DNA from: a virus
DNA length: 64,000 nucleotides
Virus record (IMG/VR): IMGVR_UViG_3300031578_000004
Location: 1 to 64,000 of that record
Strand: one strand, 5' to 3'
Shown piece after piece: positions 9,360 to 22,461 of the stretch (within the stretch, counting starts at the first letter, position 1; each line of letters opens with the position of its first letter). The notes beneath the pieces were generated by a model. That model did no database searches, had not been told where the DNA came from, and worked only from the letters and a program-made list of their open reading frames with translations. Position numbers and translations under genes: made by a program.

Positions 9360-10046
9360 TTATTTATTTTCAAATTTACTCTTATATTTCTCATAATTGA
9401 TTTTACCTATATAATAATCTTTAAACTGACTAAAATCATCGTATGCCATTTCTTTTATTTCTTCATATCTTAAAATATAATGTTCACAGCCATAACATTT
9501 GCTACTTACATTTGAGCTTGTGGTTTGCCCATATATTCCATTCGCTCCAAAAGTACACCAACATCCTTGAGAGCCGTCTTTGTGGGTTACATTAATAGGA
9601 TGATTACAAGTAGGAAATCTTTCTTCGTAAGCTTTTATCTGTCTAGGTGAATATATTCCATATTCTTCATATTTTTCATCAGGTAATACGTTATTTTTCA
9701 TATCAATCCAATCTTGTCTTGGCAAAGTGTATCTATTATCACCATTCCATACATATTCTTGATTTTCTACAATAAAAGAATCAACTAAATTATGTATATC
9801 ATCTTCATATTTATAGGTTTCTACATATTCATGCTCTATAGTAGGACTTTCATAAAACCATTTTTCATAGTCTGTTTTGTTGCACTTGTCACATATTTGT
9901 ATTTGAAATCTACAACTATCAAATCCACTACCATAACCTCTATAATTTATACCATATGTATTAATTTGGTCTGTATTTTCTTGTAGGGTATCGCATTGAT
10001 AACACAGTTTTTCACAATTTTTATGTTTTATTTCTCTATTAGTCAT
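9360..10046 (-). CDS. Cys-rich hypothetical protein
   Basis: 228-aa ORF with several CxxC. Confidence 0.6.
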   Translation of the reverse strand: MTNREIKHKNCEKLCYQCDTLQENTDQINTYGINYRGYGSGFDSCRFQIQICDKCNKTDYEKWFYESPTIEHEYVETYKYEDDIHNLVDSFIVENQEYVWNGDNRYTLPRQDWIDMKNNVLPDEKYEEYGIYSPRQIKAYEERFPTCNHPINVTHKDGSQGCWCTFGANGIYGQTTSSNVSSKCYGCEHYILRYEEIKEMAYDDFSQFKDYYIGKINYEKYKSKFENK

Positions 10047-10069
10047 TAATTTCCCTCACTTTTACAATT

Positions 10070-10531
10070 TTATATTATTTGTTCTAATCTCTGTTTAGCA
10101 ATCTCACAATACTTTTCATCTAATTCAATTCCTATACATTTTCTATTTAAGTTTTTACTTGCAACATTATCACCTGTATCTCCTGCTTTATGACTGTTTT
10201 TATATGGTTTCTCTTCGGTCATCTGGGGATTATAAATAGGAGGTTTTTTATAAAATACTAGAACATTTTCATGTGCTTTCATTGGCATCTTTCTAGCATT
10301 TAAATAGCCTGTAGACTTTGACTTTTCCCAAATCCATTCGTACTTTAACCATTTTAAATTACTACAACCTAATACCTTATCAAATGGAGTTTGAGTAGTA
10401 CCATAAGGAAGGTCTGCTAATATCATATCTACCTTAATTCCTTTCTCAATCATCTTATCCATGACTTCTAAGCAATCACCTTGAATTAATTTTACATATT
10501 CATCTTTATAATATTGTTTCATTAATATCAA
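10070..10531 (-). pseudogene. Internally deleted beta-class N4/N6 DNA methyltransferase
   Basis: GDCLE, DLPY, YEWIWEK, HENVLVF and RKCIGIELD present; HPTQKP and motif I (SAM-binding GSG) absent; only 153 aa. Confidence 0.75.
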
Positions 10532-10568
10532 ATATCCTCCTTTATTTTTATATCTCTCATTCTTACCA

Positions 10569-11144
10569 CTACCTTAAAAACTCATTAGCCACAGCTTCAT
10601 AATTCAACAATCTCTTATAACTACTCTCAACATTCCAAGGTTTCTCTACTCCATAAACATAGTTATGTACTGACCTAACACTTAATAAATTCTTGAACAC
10701 ATCATCCATAAATATGCTATCTTCAGGACAATTCACAATTGACTTATTCATCTCACTACCTTTATTATAAATCAAAACAACATTATCTATAAATGACAAC
10801 TTATCTCCTATGTATTTTGCTTTATGCTGTAAATTATTCATTGTGCCTATACTCACCAAACATAAATCATATTTCTTATTTAATTCTCTAACAACATCAT
10901 AAGCATCATGTTGTAACTCTAAGCCTTTAAAAAACTCTTTCATTCCAAATAAATCTTCAACAGTATATTTATTACGTTTTTTTAGTAAAGGACATTCAAT
11001 TTCAAATCCCCACTTGTCGTTTAATCTATAGTTAGGTTTTATAAAGTCTAAATCATCACTGTATATTTCAGAGTATAGTTCACAGAAGCGTTTACTTGAT
11101 TGTACTAAAGTATCATCGAAATCAATATAGAACTTTTGCTTCAT
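10569..11144 (-). CDS. HAD-family 5'(3')-deoxyribonucleotidase (NT5C-like)
   Basis: YIDFDDTL, K, IFMDD motifs. Confidence 0.75.
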   Translation of the reverse strand: MKQKFYIDFDDTLVQSSKRFCELYSEIYSDDLDFIKPNYRLNDKWGFEIECPLLKKRNKYTVEDLFGMKEFFKGLELQHDAYDVVRELNKKYDLCLVSIGTMNNLQHKAKYIGDKLSFIDNVVLIYNKGSEMNKSIVNCPEDSIFMDDVFKNLLSVRSVHNYVYGVEKPWNVESSYKRLLNYEAVANEFLR

Positions 11145-11262
11145 TTACATTCCTCCTCTAAATCTCATTAAATTTTATTTCCGAATATCCTAATTCAATA
11201 ATTAAACTCCTTAAATTATCCTTCAAACTCTCATAAGCACTATCAAAATATTCATATGATTT

Positions 11263-11799
11263 TTATTTATTAGAACTACCCAAACAATTTAAACCACGTT
11301 CTGATTCTATCTTTAGCAATTCATCGTAGGTGATTTCTTCTATATCTACATCAGGTACTAATTCTAACGCTATTTGACCAATTGCTTTTGAATAAGGATA
11401 TATTGTAAACATAGAATCTACATTTATATTTAAAATTTGTTCTAAACTCAATCTAATATCTAATGGATTTTTTGTTATTATTATATATTTATTAGTTGTA
11501 TTATTTATAGGAAAGAACCACTCAGACCTAAATCCACTATCAATTTGTCCTGCTCTCCTAGCCATTCCTTTAGTGCCAGAACTTCCTCTTTCTCTAAGGT
11601 CTGCTCTATATTTATGAGTGAAAGCACTAGCTATACCTGTTGATATAAGTCTAATTTCTTGAGGTGGTATAGTTATTACATCTTCATCAAAACAAGCATA
11701 AATATCATAACAACCATCTTCTTCTCTTTTACTAGGTATTATTGCATCAGGTTTTACTTTTGCGAACTTTATTTTATCTTTGTCTATTTTATTATTCAT
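11263..11799 (-). CDS. dut: Trimeric dUTPase
   Basis: YDI, ERGSSG, GQIDSGFR, IGQ, RG...LGSS motifs. Confidence 0.9.
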   Translation of the reverse strand: MNNKIDKDKIKFAKVKPDAIIPSKREEDGCYDIYACFDEDVITIPPQEIRLISTGIASAFTHKYRADLRERGSSGTKGMARRAGQIDSGFRSEWFFPINNTTNKYIIITKNPLDIRLSLEQILNINVDSMFTIYPYSKAIGQIALELVPDVDIEEITYDELLKIESERGLNCLGSSNK

Positions 11800-12262
11800 T
11801 TATATCCTCCATTTTATATATCTTCTGATTGCTCGTAGCTAGTTTTATTCCGAATACTATATTATCATCACACTCAAGTTCTGGGATATAACTACCTGTC
11901 TTTATATAGCTACAATAATACTTAACATATTGTGGTACTTTATTTATTTCATAATGAGTAAACAACCATATATCTTTATCTAATGTATTTAATTCAAATA
12001 ACAACTCACTTATTTCATCTGTTGTATTATCCAAAGGCTCTCCACCTAGAATATAAATATTTTTTATTAATATATCAAATTCTTTAACTTTACTTTTAAT
12101 CTTTAAAAAATAATTAGTATCGTATTCTTCTCCTATATCAAATCTCCAAAGTTCAGGGTTATGGCATCCATTACAATGAACACCATTATTCCCTTTGCAA
12201 CCCGATAGATATATCTCAAATGATTGAGTATTTAAACTATATTGTGTTGATGCTATTTTCAT
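11792..12262 (-). CDS. nrdG: Anaerobic RNR activase (radical SAM)
   Basis: GC...HCNGCHNPELW, LGGEPL, YIKTG.Y, SNQ; adjacent to nrdD. Confidence 0.9.
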   Translation of the reverse strand: MKIASTQYSLNTQSFEIYLSGCKGNNGVHCNGCHNPELWRFDIGEEYDTNYFLKIKSKVKEFDILIKNIYILGGEPLDNTTDEISELLFELNTLDKDIWLFTHYEINKVPQYVKYYCSYIKTGSYIPELECDDNIVFGIKLATSNQKIYKMEDINE

Positions 12263-14144
12263 TTATATCACCATAAAACACACGCAATGGGTAGTCTTTT
12301 TCTCTTCTGACTTGATGAAAGTTTTTTGTATTAACAAGAAAGCCAACTACCCTTGTGAAGTTATCGGTTATCTTACTTCCACAAATAGAACATGTTTCAT
12401 TTTTACCTATTGACATATGATTATTTTCACACTTTTGTAAATTGTAATTTATTGCCCAGTAAATAACGTTGAGTTTTGCACATGTTTCAATTAATTTTTC
12501 AATCAACTCTACATCTTCTATTTTTGTTTCTACATTAATATGTGCTATTGCTCCACCAGACATTTTACTATCAAACAATCCTTGCAATTTAATTCTATCT
12601 AACATATCTGCGTTAGTAGTTAATGGTATAAATTGATTAGAATACAAATCATATTCATTTTGGTATCCTAATAATTTATCTTTACTAGCTAATTTTATAG
12701 AGGAATTTTCCGCTGGAACTTGTTCCATATTTATCGGTTCACTATATTTTTTACTTGCTTTATCATTTAGGTCATTTATAGAATTTAAAATTTTAGTAGT
12801 AAAAGTTTGCCCATCTGCATTTAAAATATCTAATCCCATGAATCTACAAGTTTCATTTAATCCTACTAAGCCTACTGTTCCATATTGAGTCTTTAAATCC
12901 ATAAAACCTAAGTTATATAGAGGTAAACAATTACTGTCTATTCTTTTCTTTAAAATATATCTTTTTACATGATTAATTTTTATTGCCATAGTGGTATATT
13001 CTTGAAGTAAACTAAAAAATACTTCTTCATTTCCTTTTGATTTAATAGCAACTCTTGGAATATTTAATGAAACCACACCTAGAGAACCTATCTTAGTTCC
13101 ACCTGCTCCAAATTGATTGAAATATTCGCCTTTCATTTCACTGCGAAGTCTACAGCACGAACTGAGCGTACTTGTTGCCCCACAATAGATATTTATATAT
13201 CCAAAATCTTTATTTTTCTCTGCTATAAATTTTACAAAGTCTTTATCTTGTATATTTTTATTTTCATCTACTGAAAAACAAGCTGTGGTTATTGGAAAAG
13301 TAATCGCTGTATTTTTTAAAGTATCATTCATTAAGTCAAGATATAATTCTTGTAATTGCATTACTGTTTCTACACTTGACGTTGAACCATCTGGAAATAT
13401 ATACTCACTACACATTTTCTCTAGGAAATATTTATCATAAATACTTATATTATAAAATCCTGATTGTAATCCCCCTCTAAATGGTTGATTGCATGAGAAT
13501 ATAAATGATTGAAATTCTTGTTGTATTTGTTTCCATAAATATTCTTTTGGTACGTTTGGATTTTCTTTAAATAATTTATCAACATAGTAACTTGAAACTA
13601 TTAATACATCTGCAATACCGACCGCACCCAACACTGAATTACTTGCATACACTGTAAAATGTATTAATTGACCTATAAATGAACTCAAATGTTTTGGTGG
13701 TTTACTTGTAATCTTCTTTACAAATGGCAATCCTTTTAACATTACATCATAGGTACTAAAATTATAACAATAAGGTTTCATTATGCCTGTAAAATCATTT
13801 ATATAAATATCTCCTGTGATTTGCATTTCTACTGCTTTATTGGCAGTTTCTAAATCATATAATTGCCTTAAATATTTCCATGTTAGGTACAAAGAGTTTA
13901 ATCTAAAGAACGGTTTGGGTAATTCATTTTCATAAGCAATTATACTCATATCATCTACATTGCTATTTGCATCTACAGACATATCAGCAACAGTAGTTTT
14001 AGTATTAAAGAACTCTTTTGAGAATAAAGATAAATCAGTCTGCTTACCTATCCCCTCTAAATCAAATAACTTTTCTGAATATTTGCTACGTAGATGCATT
14101 ACTAAATCTTCAAATTGCAAGTCGTATGTGGTTCTTATGTACAT
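12237..14144 (-). CDS. nrdD: Class III ribonucleotide reductase
   Basis: SSCCRL finger loop, PAEN, SGG, C..C Zn site, TRVVGF glycyl-radical motif; no ATP cone. Confidence 0.93.
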   Translation of the reverse strand: MYIRTTYDLQFEDLVMHLRSKYSEKLFDLEGIGKQTDLSLFSKEFFNTKTTVADMSVDANSNVDDMSIIAYENELPKPFFRLNSLYLTWKYLRQLYDLETANKAVEMQITGDIYINDFTGIMKPYCYNFSTYDVMLKGLPFVKKITSKPPKHLSSFIGQLIHFTVYASNSVLGAVGIADVLIVSSYYVDKLFKENPNVPKEYLWKQIQQEFQSFIFSCNQPFRGGLQSGFYNISIYDKYFLEKMCSEYIFPDGSTSSVETVMQLQELYLDLMNDTLKNTAITFPITTACFSVDENKNIQDKDFVKFIAEKNKDFGYINIYCGATSTLSSCCRLRSEMKGEYFNQFGAGGTKIGSLGVVSLNIPRVAIKSKGNEEVFFSLLQEYTTMAIKINHVKRYILKKRIDSNCLPLYNLGFMDLKTQYGTVGLVGLNETCRFMGLDILNADGQTFTTKILNSINDLNDKASKKYSEPINMEQVPAENSSIKLASKDKLLGYQNEYDLYSNQFIPLTTNADMLDRIKLQGLFDSKMSGGAIAHINVETKIEDVELIEKLIETCAKLNVIYWAINYNLQKCENNHMSIGKNETCSICGSKITDNFTRVVGFLVNTKNFHQVRREKDYPLRVFYGDINENSINTI

Positions 14145-14359
14145 TCAATAACCTCCTTGAAGCCAATTATCTTATTGTCTTTAATTATCAGTGGTAATTC
14201 TATTAATTTACTTTCTCTTGCCATTGCTAAATATCTAAATTTTATATCATTAGATAAATCATTTAATAACTTATATTCAAATTCAATATTCTTGTTTGTT
14301 AGTATATTTTTAATCATGTCACATCTGCTACAATTTTCTTTTCCTAATAATAAGTACAT
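14135..14359 (-). CDS. Glutaredoxin/NrdH-like protein
   Basis: CSRC, LPLII, IGF; overlaps the nrdD start. Confidence 0.8.
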   Translation of the reverse strand: MYLLLGKENCSRCDMIKNILTNKNIEFEYKLLNDLSNDIKFRYLAMARESKLIELPLIIKDNKIIGFKEVIECT

Positions 14360-17300
14360 TCATTTCCTCCATTGTCATTTTAATTTTATAATCTTTATTC
14401 TATGCCTTCTCTTTAAGAAAATTAAAAACCCTATTTACATATAATTGTTCTTCTCTGTCTAAACAATTTTCTAATATATATTCTTTTCTCAAATCCTCTA
14501 ATCTGTTTTGAGCTGTTTCACGTATGTATCCCATATATTTATTCACCTTTCCTGTTTTATTACAGTCTTCTTTTAATCTCTCGTCTCTCTCAATCTCGTC
14601 TAATGTATGGACTTTGGTTTCGTTCCTATACATGACTATACTCTCCTTTCTTTAATCTAAATCAATAGCACTACTATATTCATCAAGGTTGACATTCCAA
14701 AGTTCTGCCATCCAATCAAGCATTACTAAAGAATTACAAATTGCACCTTCCAAAAACTCAATATCAAAGTTATTATTCTTGTAATCCTGTTTAAGTTGTA
14801 TCATATCTTGTTTCATCTTATCTGCTAACTGAAATACTTTCTTATCTATATATAATTGTGATTTATCAACCTTTAATATTGTATCTAAGTATAAATTAGG
14901 TTTAAAATTATTGAAGTTTATTTTACCTACTTGTAAATCTTTATCCGACATTAACATTCTCCTTCACAATCCAATGATTATTATATATTTTATCCTCTAC
15001 ATCCCTCTTATCATAGAAAACGAATGTAGTTGGTTCTTCTCTATCTAGCCATGATATTTTATATGTATTTACGTCAAGTTCTTTAGCATGATATTTATGA
15101 CACAACTCTGGAAATTCTCTCTTTAATCTATCGGATACTTCAAAATCGAATTCTGTTGGCATTGTTTTGGACTCTCCTTTCTTATTTAATTTCTGGTCTT
15201 TGTGCTTCTTCTATAATCTTTAAATATTGATTTCTACCACCAAATATTTTCTTTAAGTAAGCCATAGCAAAACCATTTTCTTCAGAAAATTCTTCATTGT
15301 GTGTTTTTACTACAGTTTTACTTCCATCTTTCCAAATTATTATTGTAGCTGGATTATTGTATATTACTTGTTTGATTTCAGGTATTGATTTAGATGAAAT
15401 AAAACCACCTGTAAAATAAGGTTCAACTTTAATTTTTGACCAATCAATTCCATATGTAGGCATAATAATTTTTTCCTCCTTAATTAATTTTTTAAATTCT
15501 TCATATATTAGATTATAATTTGACATTAGAATTTCCTCTAAATTTGTTTTTGCTTGAAATTTAAAATGTCAGTATATAAAACATATATCCAAAATACATT
15601 AGACACACTAAATTATATAAATACGATTTTAATGTTTTACCTTTATGTATTTGACTTCTATATTTCATTTGACCTTCTTCAGTGGTTAAATCATATTTCT
15701 TTTGTTTGAAAAGTATAGGTGTCACTATGATATAAAACAACATTACTATTGATGGATATTTTAAAGTGTCTATTTTAATAGCATTAATTAAGTAAGTAAT
15801 TTCAGCTATTATTAAAGGTAACAACCAAAATATAGGCAATGCTTTTATTGTTTGTTTCTTTTTCAATTCTGTTTTTTCTTCTTCTGTTTGTGCATTGGCT
15901 ATTTTTATATCATACTCTCCTGAAACACTGGCGACTTCTTTTAAAGTATTGCTCTTGAATAATAACCAAAGATTATAAGTAATAAAAACTATTGTCCAAA
16001 ATAACATATCTTACATTTCCTCCTTGCTTATTGAAATCTTTTCAAATTCTGAAACTAAATCATCTTCTATATCTGAATAACAATTTCCGTATGTAAAACC
16101 AATTATCTTAATACCATTAAAAGTCTTTAAAGTTAAATCATCATTATAAGCCTTTTGATAATAAGCTAATTTAGTTTCAAAGTTTTCAAATGGATTTATA
16201 ATAACTTCAGGTTGTTCAAATCCTTGCATTTGTATTTTTACTCCAATATAAGGCATTTCTTTTTCTAATGCAATCTTAATACAAATTTCCAAATTCGCTA
16301 ATGTGTTAAATCTCATAAATTTAATTCCTCCTTTCTATTTATTTATTTCTTATTTACTTAACTTCTTTATTTGTTTTTGATATGATTTAACTAACGCTTT
16401 ATAACATGCAATTTCCATATCCTTTTGTTTATCATATGTATCAGACTCTAGACATTTTGCAATCCCTTTTGAGCCATCTTCTAATATTGCTATTGTTGTA
16501 TTACCATTATGAATTATCTTAAATGGGAATTTAGTTACTTCAGTGGTCATAGATTTAGATATATTATCTTTATTTGAGTTAACTATCCATTGTGCTGTGT
16601 AAGGTTGTTGTATATAATTAATTATTTCTACTTGAGGCTTTATAACTTTTTTAATTTTATATTCTTTGTATTCTTTTTTAAAACCATCAATTCCTAGGTA
16701 TGCCCAACCCATCATCCAATATTTCTCTGTATAATTATCATTTTTATCATTCTTACAAATTTTAAGCTCTTCATTGGAATGACCTTCTATAATTACCTTA
16801 TCTCCAAGATATAATTTATTTCCATAATTATCTGTTTTACCAGTAAATTCTTTCAACATCTATTTATCCTCCTTATTATTTAATCCTAATTTATCTTTTA
16901 TCTAAATACAGAATATTCTTTTAGAACCGTTTCCTTCATTGTATCTCATGTGAATACATACCAAAGGTTTCTTATGTAAATCCCACTGTTCTTTATTATG
17001 TATATGGAATCTACCTATTCTATAACTATAATCTCTCATTCCTTTTCCTCCTTAACTTCAACAACATTACTAATAACAATCTTCTTGCTCGAAGGAATAT
17101 TTATCATTAACTTTCTATCATATGTAAAGCTCCCAAACTGGTCATTTATTAAATTTGTTGCATGTAGGTCATCTTTTGCCTCTACCTTTATTGTTCTTGT
17201 CATTGGATGTTGCTTGTTTGTACTTGTGAAAGTTACCTCGAATTTCTTTAGGTTGTTTTTCATTGATTCATTTCTCCTTTTGATTTTATTATTTTATTTA

Positions 17301-17950
17301 TTTTTATAATTGTTGTTTGTTGGATTTTTGACAATATTATCCTTTCAAATCCTGACCAATATCTAATTCTAAGGACAACTCATAAATTCTTTAATCTTTG
17401 CACTAATTCTTCAGACCACTCTAACATAATTTGTTTTTCTTTTATCGTATCATAATTGGAATATTCATATAAAGCTCTGCAAATATCTTGTATTCTTTGT
17501 TCTTCATATATGTATTTTGGCATAACTCCTAATGGTAATTTTATATTTTCTACTTTATTATCCTGATTTAACTGATTTCCTACAATTATATCTATATCTA
17601 TGTCAGTAAGAAAATCTGAGCAAGTGCCATTATCATATAATAAACAATACTTATTATTTAATTTATGTGAGATTTTTACCTTATCTCCCACTTCAATATT
17701 TCCAACTTTTCCATTAGTATCTTTCATACCACAAATTTTACAATCTTGTAGAAATGTTTTGCATTTAATATTACAATCAACAAATCTCCAATTATATTTT
17801 ATATTTCTAAGACTTTGTATTGTAATCTCTAATCCATTCGGATATTTATTTTCCACCATTTTTCCTCCTTCCTTCCTTAATTTCTCCACTTAATACAATT
17901 CTACCACGAATATTTTAATTGTCAATAGTGTTTTTATAGTATTTGTTCTT

Positions 17951-18559
17951 TTATTTTTTACTAAACTCTATGTAGTTTCTCCAGAACAATAATTCAGATG
18001 TACTTCTATATGCTACATCTTCTAATACATCGGCACACCATTTTTTATATGCTTCTTCTGTTTTAAATCTACTATCTATCTTTTTCTTTGCTCTTTTAGT
18101 CAACTTTACACCTGTTATATCTGAAATTAGTTGAGACCTTTTAGGCAATTCAAATTTATCTAAATCCACCTCAATGAGTCCTATGTGATTTGGTAATAAA
18201 TCTATAGGTATTGTATTTATTGGACAAATTATATAAGTATAAGCACATCCACAGCAATATCCATTCTTAAAATCAGATAGACTTGCTTTAGCTTCAATTC
18301 CTTTTACATCATAGTAATGTTCATAGTATCTACTATTAGGCAACTTCTTTTTACACTTCTTAACTCCAACAGCATCTATAATTTTCTTAAAGTCCTTACC
18401 TTTTACTCTGTTATTATCATAGGAGTACATACCATTAACTTCCGTTCCTATTCTATTATATCCCCATCCAAACAATATGTATTTAGATATTTCTTTTAGT
18501 AGAAAATGTGTTTCAGTTTCATTTTTAGGATGTTTATATATTCGTATCACCTCCTGCAC
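17951..18559 (-). CDS. PD-(D/E)XK-type (MmcB-like) putative nuclease
   Basis: TEV...DAVG...GIEAKASLSDF pattern. Confidence 0.5.
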   Translation of the reverse strand: MQEVIRIYKHPKNETETHFLLKEISKYILFGWGYNRIGTEVNGMYSYDNNRVKGKDFKKIIDAVGVKKCKKKLPNSRYYEHYYDVKGIEAKASLSDFKNGYCCGCAYTYIICPINTIPIDLLPNHIGLIEVDLDKFELPKRSQLISDITGVKLTKRAKKKIDSRFKTEEAYKKWCADVLEDVAYRSTSELLFWRNYIEFSKK

Positions 18560-20899
18560 TATTTTAAGAAAAGTGCCAATTGTATCAAATTATTTATTCA
18601 AACCATTTTTGCTTTAATCCTATCATCATAATACTTATTATTATAGTCCATGCTCCGACCAAACTTAAATGAAGAGTTATGTTTGAATTTAAAAGCCAAG
18701 ATATACAACTCATTACTCCTGCTGTTGGTAAGCATGTTTTAAATAAAAATTCTTTAGCCATCTTATCTCCTTTCAAGTTTCGTCCAAATTCCTCTTTTAT
18801 AGTAGTTCACCTAATTGCTTCTTTGTTGCTAAGATATGCTTTTGATATGTATTTTTCATTCCACACATATCAAAATATCCTTTTGCATCTTCTAAAGCTT
18901 GTAATATATTTTTTAAATATACTTCTGTAACTTCTATCTTTTTCATAATTTATCTCCTTCTTGTAACTTCATTAAAAGCTAATTTTATTATTAATAATCT
19001 GACATATTTGTCTATAGCGAACATTGTATTACCTCCAAAGTTATACTTTATGGTCTTATTCTTTTTTGATAATCTAGACATTTCTCACAGCAAAACAAAT
19101 CTTCAACAACTGTTATTCTATTATTTTGAGTATGCCTTGTTTCTATTTTTATATATCTATGTACACATGACAATTCTTTAAATTCTATATTTTTACCCAA
19201 CCTTTCATTTACATTGTATTCTATATGCTCGAGTGTTTTCTCATATGTAATATCAAATTTATCAGAACATTTTTGAATGAACCCACCAATGTCATAATGT
19301 ATATCTTTTTCAAATTCCATAACTTTTTCTGATATATCTGACTCATTATTATATCTACCACACCCACCACACTGAGTACAATCTACGGTGTCATAAACAC
19401 AACCTTCACTATTATTGTCATTCCACATTTTATATTCCTCCTATCTTAAAAATAACCCACTTCATCAGGTTCTATATTAATTATAAAATCTAATTTCTGC
19501 AATTCTTCCAAACTCTTATCACTTTTAAATATCAACATTTTATTAAGCATCTTAAACTCATACTCAATTTCTCCATAAGGTAATAGTTTCTCTTTGTCTT
19601 GAGGTTGTATTTGTAATATGTATTTATTCATATTTTTATATTTCTCCTATCTTAATTGTTCGGCGTAATATTCAATCTGTCTTGCCATACTCTCAAAATC
19701 TTTATCTACATAAGCCATTGACTCTTTTAACTGTTGTCTTTGCATATTCTCAGCCATCATCCCTAGGCTTCTTGTAAACTCTGCTAGAATATGACCTTTA
19801 TTTGATAATCTTGCATCATTCATTCTCCTTTCTATATTAAAACCAGTATTTGTTTAAACTATTGTACTCTTATAATATTATATATTTTCTTACAGTGAGG
19901 ACATTTAAACTCAATTCCGTTTTCATCATTATATTCTAAACCCATAGTATCAATATCCAAAGATAAAATTATTTTATTTTCATCTTCAAACATATAATCC
20001 AAATACCCTCTTTGACCACAATCACATTCTATTTTTAACAAATCATTAACCTCCTTTGTGTTTAGATAAAACCTAGTTTTAGCATTCTTTTTTAGATATT
20101 ATATAAAGTCGATAAATTATTATCCATCTTCGATACAGCCTTATTAATTTATTAGGTCTTTTACCAAGAATAAATATATCGTCATCATACCAACAATCAA
20201 TATAATTAAGTCTATTAGCAATACAAGTTGGACAGAGAATTCCAGCACCTTTATGAATAGTTGGATTAATCTTTTCCCATAAATTATCTGGAATTATCAT
20301 ATCTTCAATTTCGGCATAGGGTATTCCACAATCATAACAAAGACTATCTTCTCTTAGATTTCTTTCTTCCTCTGTATATCTCCATTTGTATTTATAATTT
20401 TTCATATTATACTTCTTTTCAATTGCTTTCTTTGTTAATTTCATACTTTTTCCTCCAATAATTCTTTTTTCACTTTATCTAATGCTTCAAAGAACATTCT
20501 CTTACCACTTATTCTACCTATATTTGCTTGCCATCGTGCATCAGGATTCTTTATATATTCTTTGAGTATATGAGATTGCCAAGCAAGTAGTTCATATCCT
20601 AGCACTTCTTTTATGTATTCTTCTAAGTGTTCTTTGTAATAGTTTCTTTTATCAGTGTCCATGTTTACCTCCAATATCTCATTTTATCTATTATTCTAGT
20701 GTACAACAGTGAAAATCATCGCATCCACCACTAGCATCCGTTCTAATATTTTTTAATTCACATAAACCTTCTCCTTCAAACGTTTCAGGATTGAATCCTT
20801 CTGTTTCTGAATCATCTAAATAATACTTACAAAAATCACATACTGCATGACACCCATTATTGCAAAACTTAGCCATTATTTTCTCCTTTCAATATTGTT

Positions 20900-21106
20900 T
20901 TATCGTCTTTCCTCAATTTCTTTTTCTATACATTCCAACCATTCTTTTTCTTCAGGAAAGAATATATCTCTGCCTATCTTATCGGCAAGTAAATAAATTA
21001 TTTGTCCAAATCTATAATCGGGATGCAATAACCATAACTCTTCTATTTTATTAAGAAATGGTTTTATTCTATTTTTATCTCTCATACTTGAGGTTACTCC
21101 TTTCAA
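20900..21106 (-). CDS. DUF1040-like protein
   Basis: MRD..RI...L..I..LW...PD.RFGQ signature. Confidence 0.6.
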   Translation of the reverse strand: MKGVTSSMRDKNRIKPFLNKIEELWLLHPDYRFGQIIYLLADKIGRDIFFPEEKEWLECIEKEIEERR

Positions 21107-22461
21107 CTTTCACATAATACTTTTATATCTTCTTTAAACTTTTTTATATCTTGAATTTCTGCATATATTTCAATATACCTTTTATCTCCTTTGGTTAATC
21201 CTACTATTACATCCACTTCTTTATCAAATTGAATATCATTATACTCTGTAAGTAATCCAACCTTAATATCCACATCTCCAAATTTTACTATAATATTAAT
21301 TACTTCTTTTGCTAATTCAGATGCTTTCATATATTCTCCTTTCTTAAATCCTTTATATTTGTGAAACTTTAATAACTCAATTGATGTTCTGACACCAGCA
21401 TCTTTTTACTTAAATTGTCGGGAATATCATTTTCACTATCTACTGAACTTACTATACTTTTCTTCCAATTCTTCCTTACTAGACGTATTTTTTAATGTAT
21501 TTATTGCGTTATCTAAATCTACTGTTTCTTGATTGTACATTCTTTCCATAGCCTTATCATATTTGGTGGTGTTTTTACTTTTATATAATGTCTTATTTAC
21601 TACTTTACTGAATACATATAACATCGGTATTCCTATTATAAAACTCAACACAATAGATACAGATACTAAGCCATTATTTCTATAATCTTGTAGTATAGAG
21701 TATCCTAGTGAATATGATATTGATACAATTCCAATTATTAAGCCGATACCTAGTAGCCATTCAAATATTTTATTCTTCATATTTTTATCTCCTTCCATAT
21801 TAATCTTCATCACTTAAACTGAGCCTTATTAACTCTTGTATTCTTGGTGTATAGATTTTAGGGTCTATATTATAATTTCTGATTTTAGGATATTTACTGT
21901 ATACTGATTTCATTCGTATAAAAATAATATCTTCAAGATAAGGACATTCTTCTAATCCTGCTTCTTCTAATAATTTATTAAATTCTTCATCGGACATTGC
22001 ATCAATATGTGCAATAACTTCTTCTCCATATTTTTTAATATCCATTATTCTACTCCCATCAATGTTTTTACGATATTATAGTCACTATATAATTGTATAC
22101 TTTGAAATATTAATTCCTTTAATCTACTAAATTCTTTACCGCTCACTGGATTCCATGAATACTCATCATAATACCTATTACCATAATAATTCTTCATGGC
22201 TGTTTCAATTTCATTTTCTAAATGTTCATCAATTTGTAATTTAATTTTAGAATCTTCCATTTTTATATCTCCTTTTTATAATTATTTACAGCCTCGATTA
22301 TCATTTGTGCATCGGGCATAGGTGAACAGTATTCATTAAAGTCTTTATCATACATACAACACACTCTATTATCATTGGCATCAACTATATATACTCTTAG
22401 GTTATCCATTGCATCTAGGTTCTTAACTATTTTTAGTGGTAGTTCCATTTTTTAATTCCTC

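Larger units (their letters stand above)
14400..22448 (-). other. Array of about 25 short co-oriented hypothetical genes
   Basis: Tightly packed minus-strand ORFs with GGAG RBS; a few membrane proteins (15561-16007, 18594-18776, 21436-21813). Confidence 0.7.
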
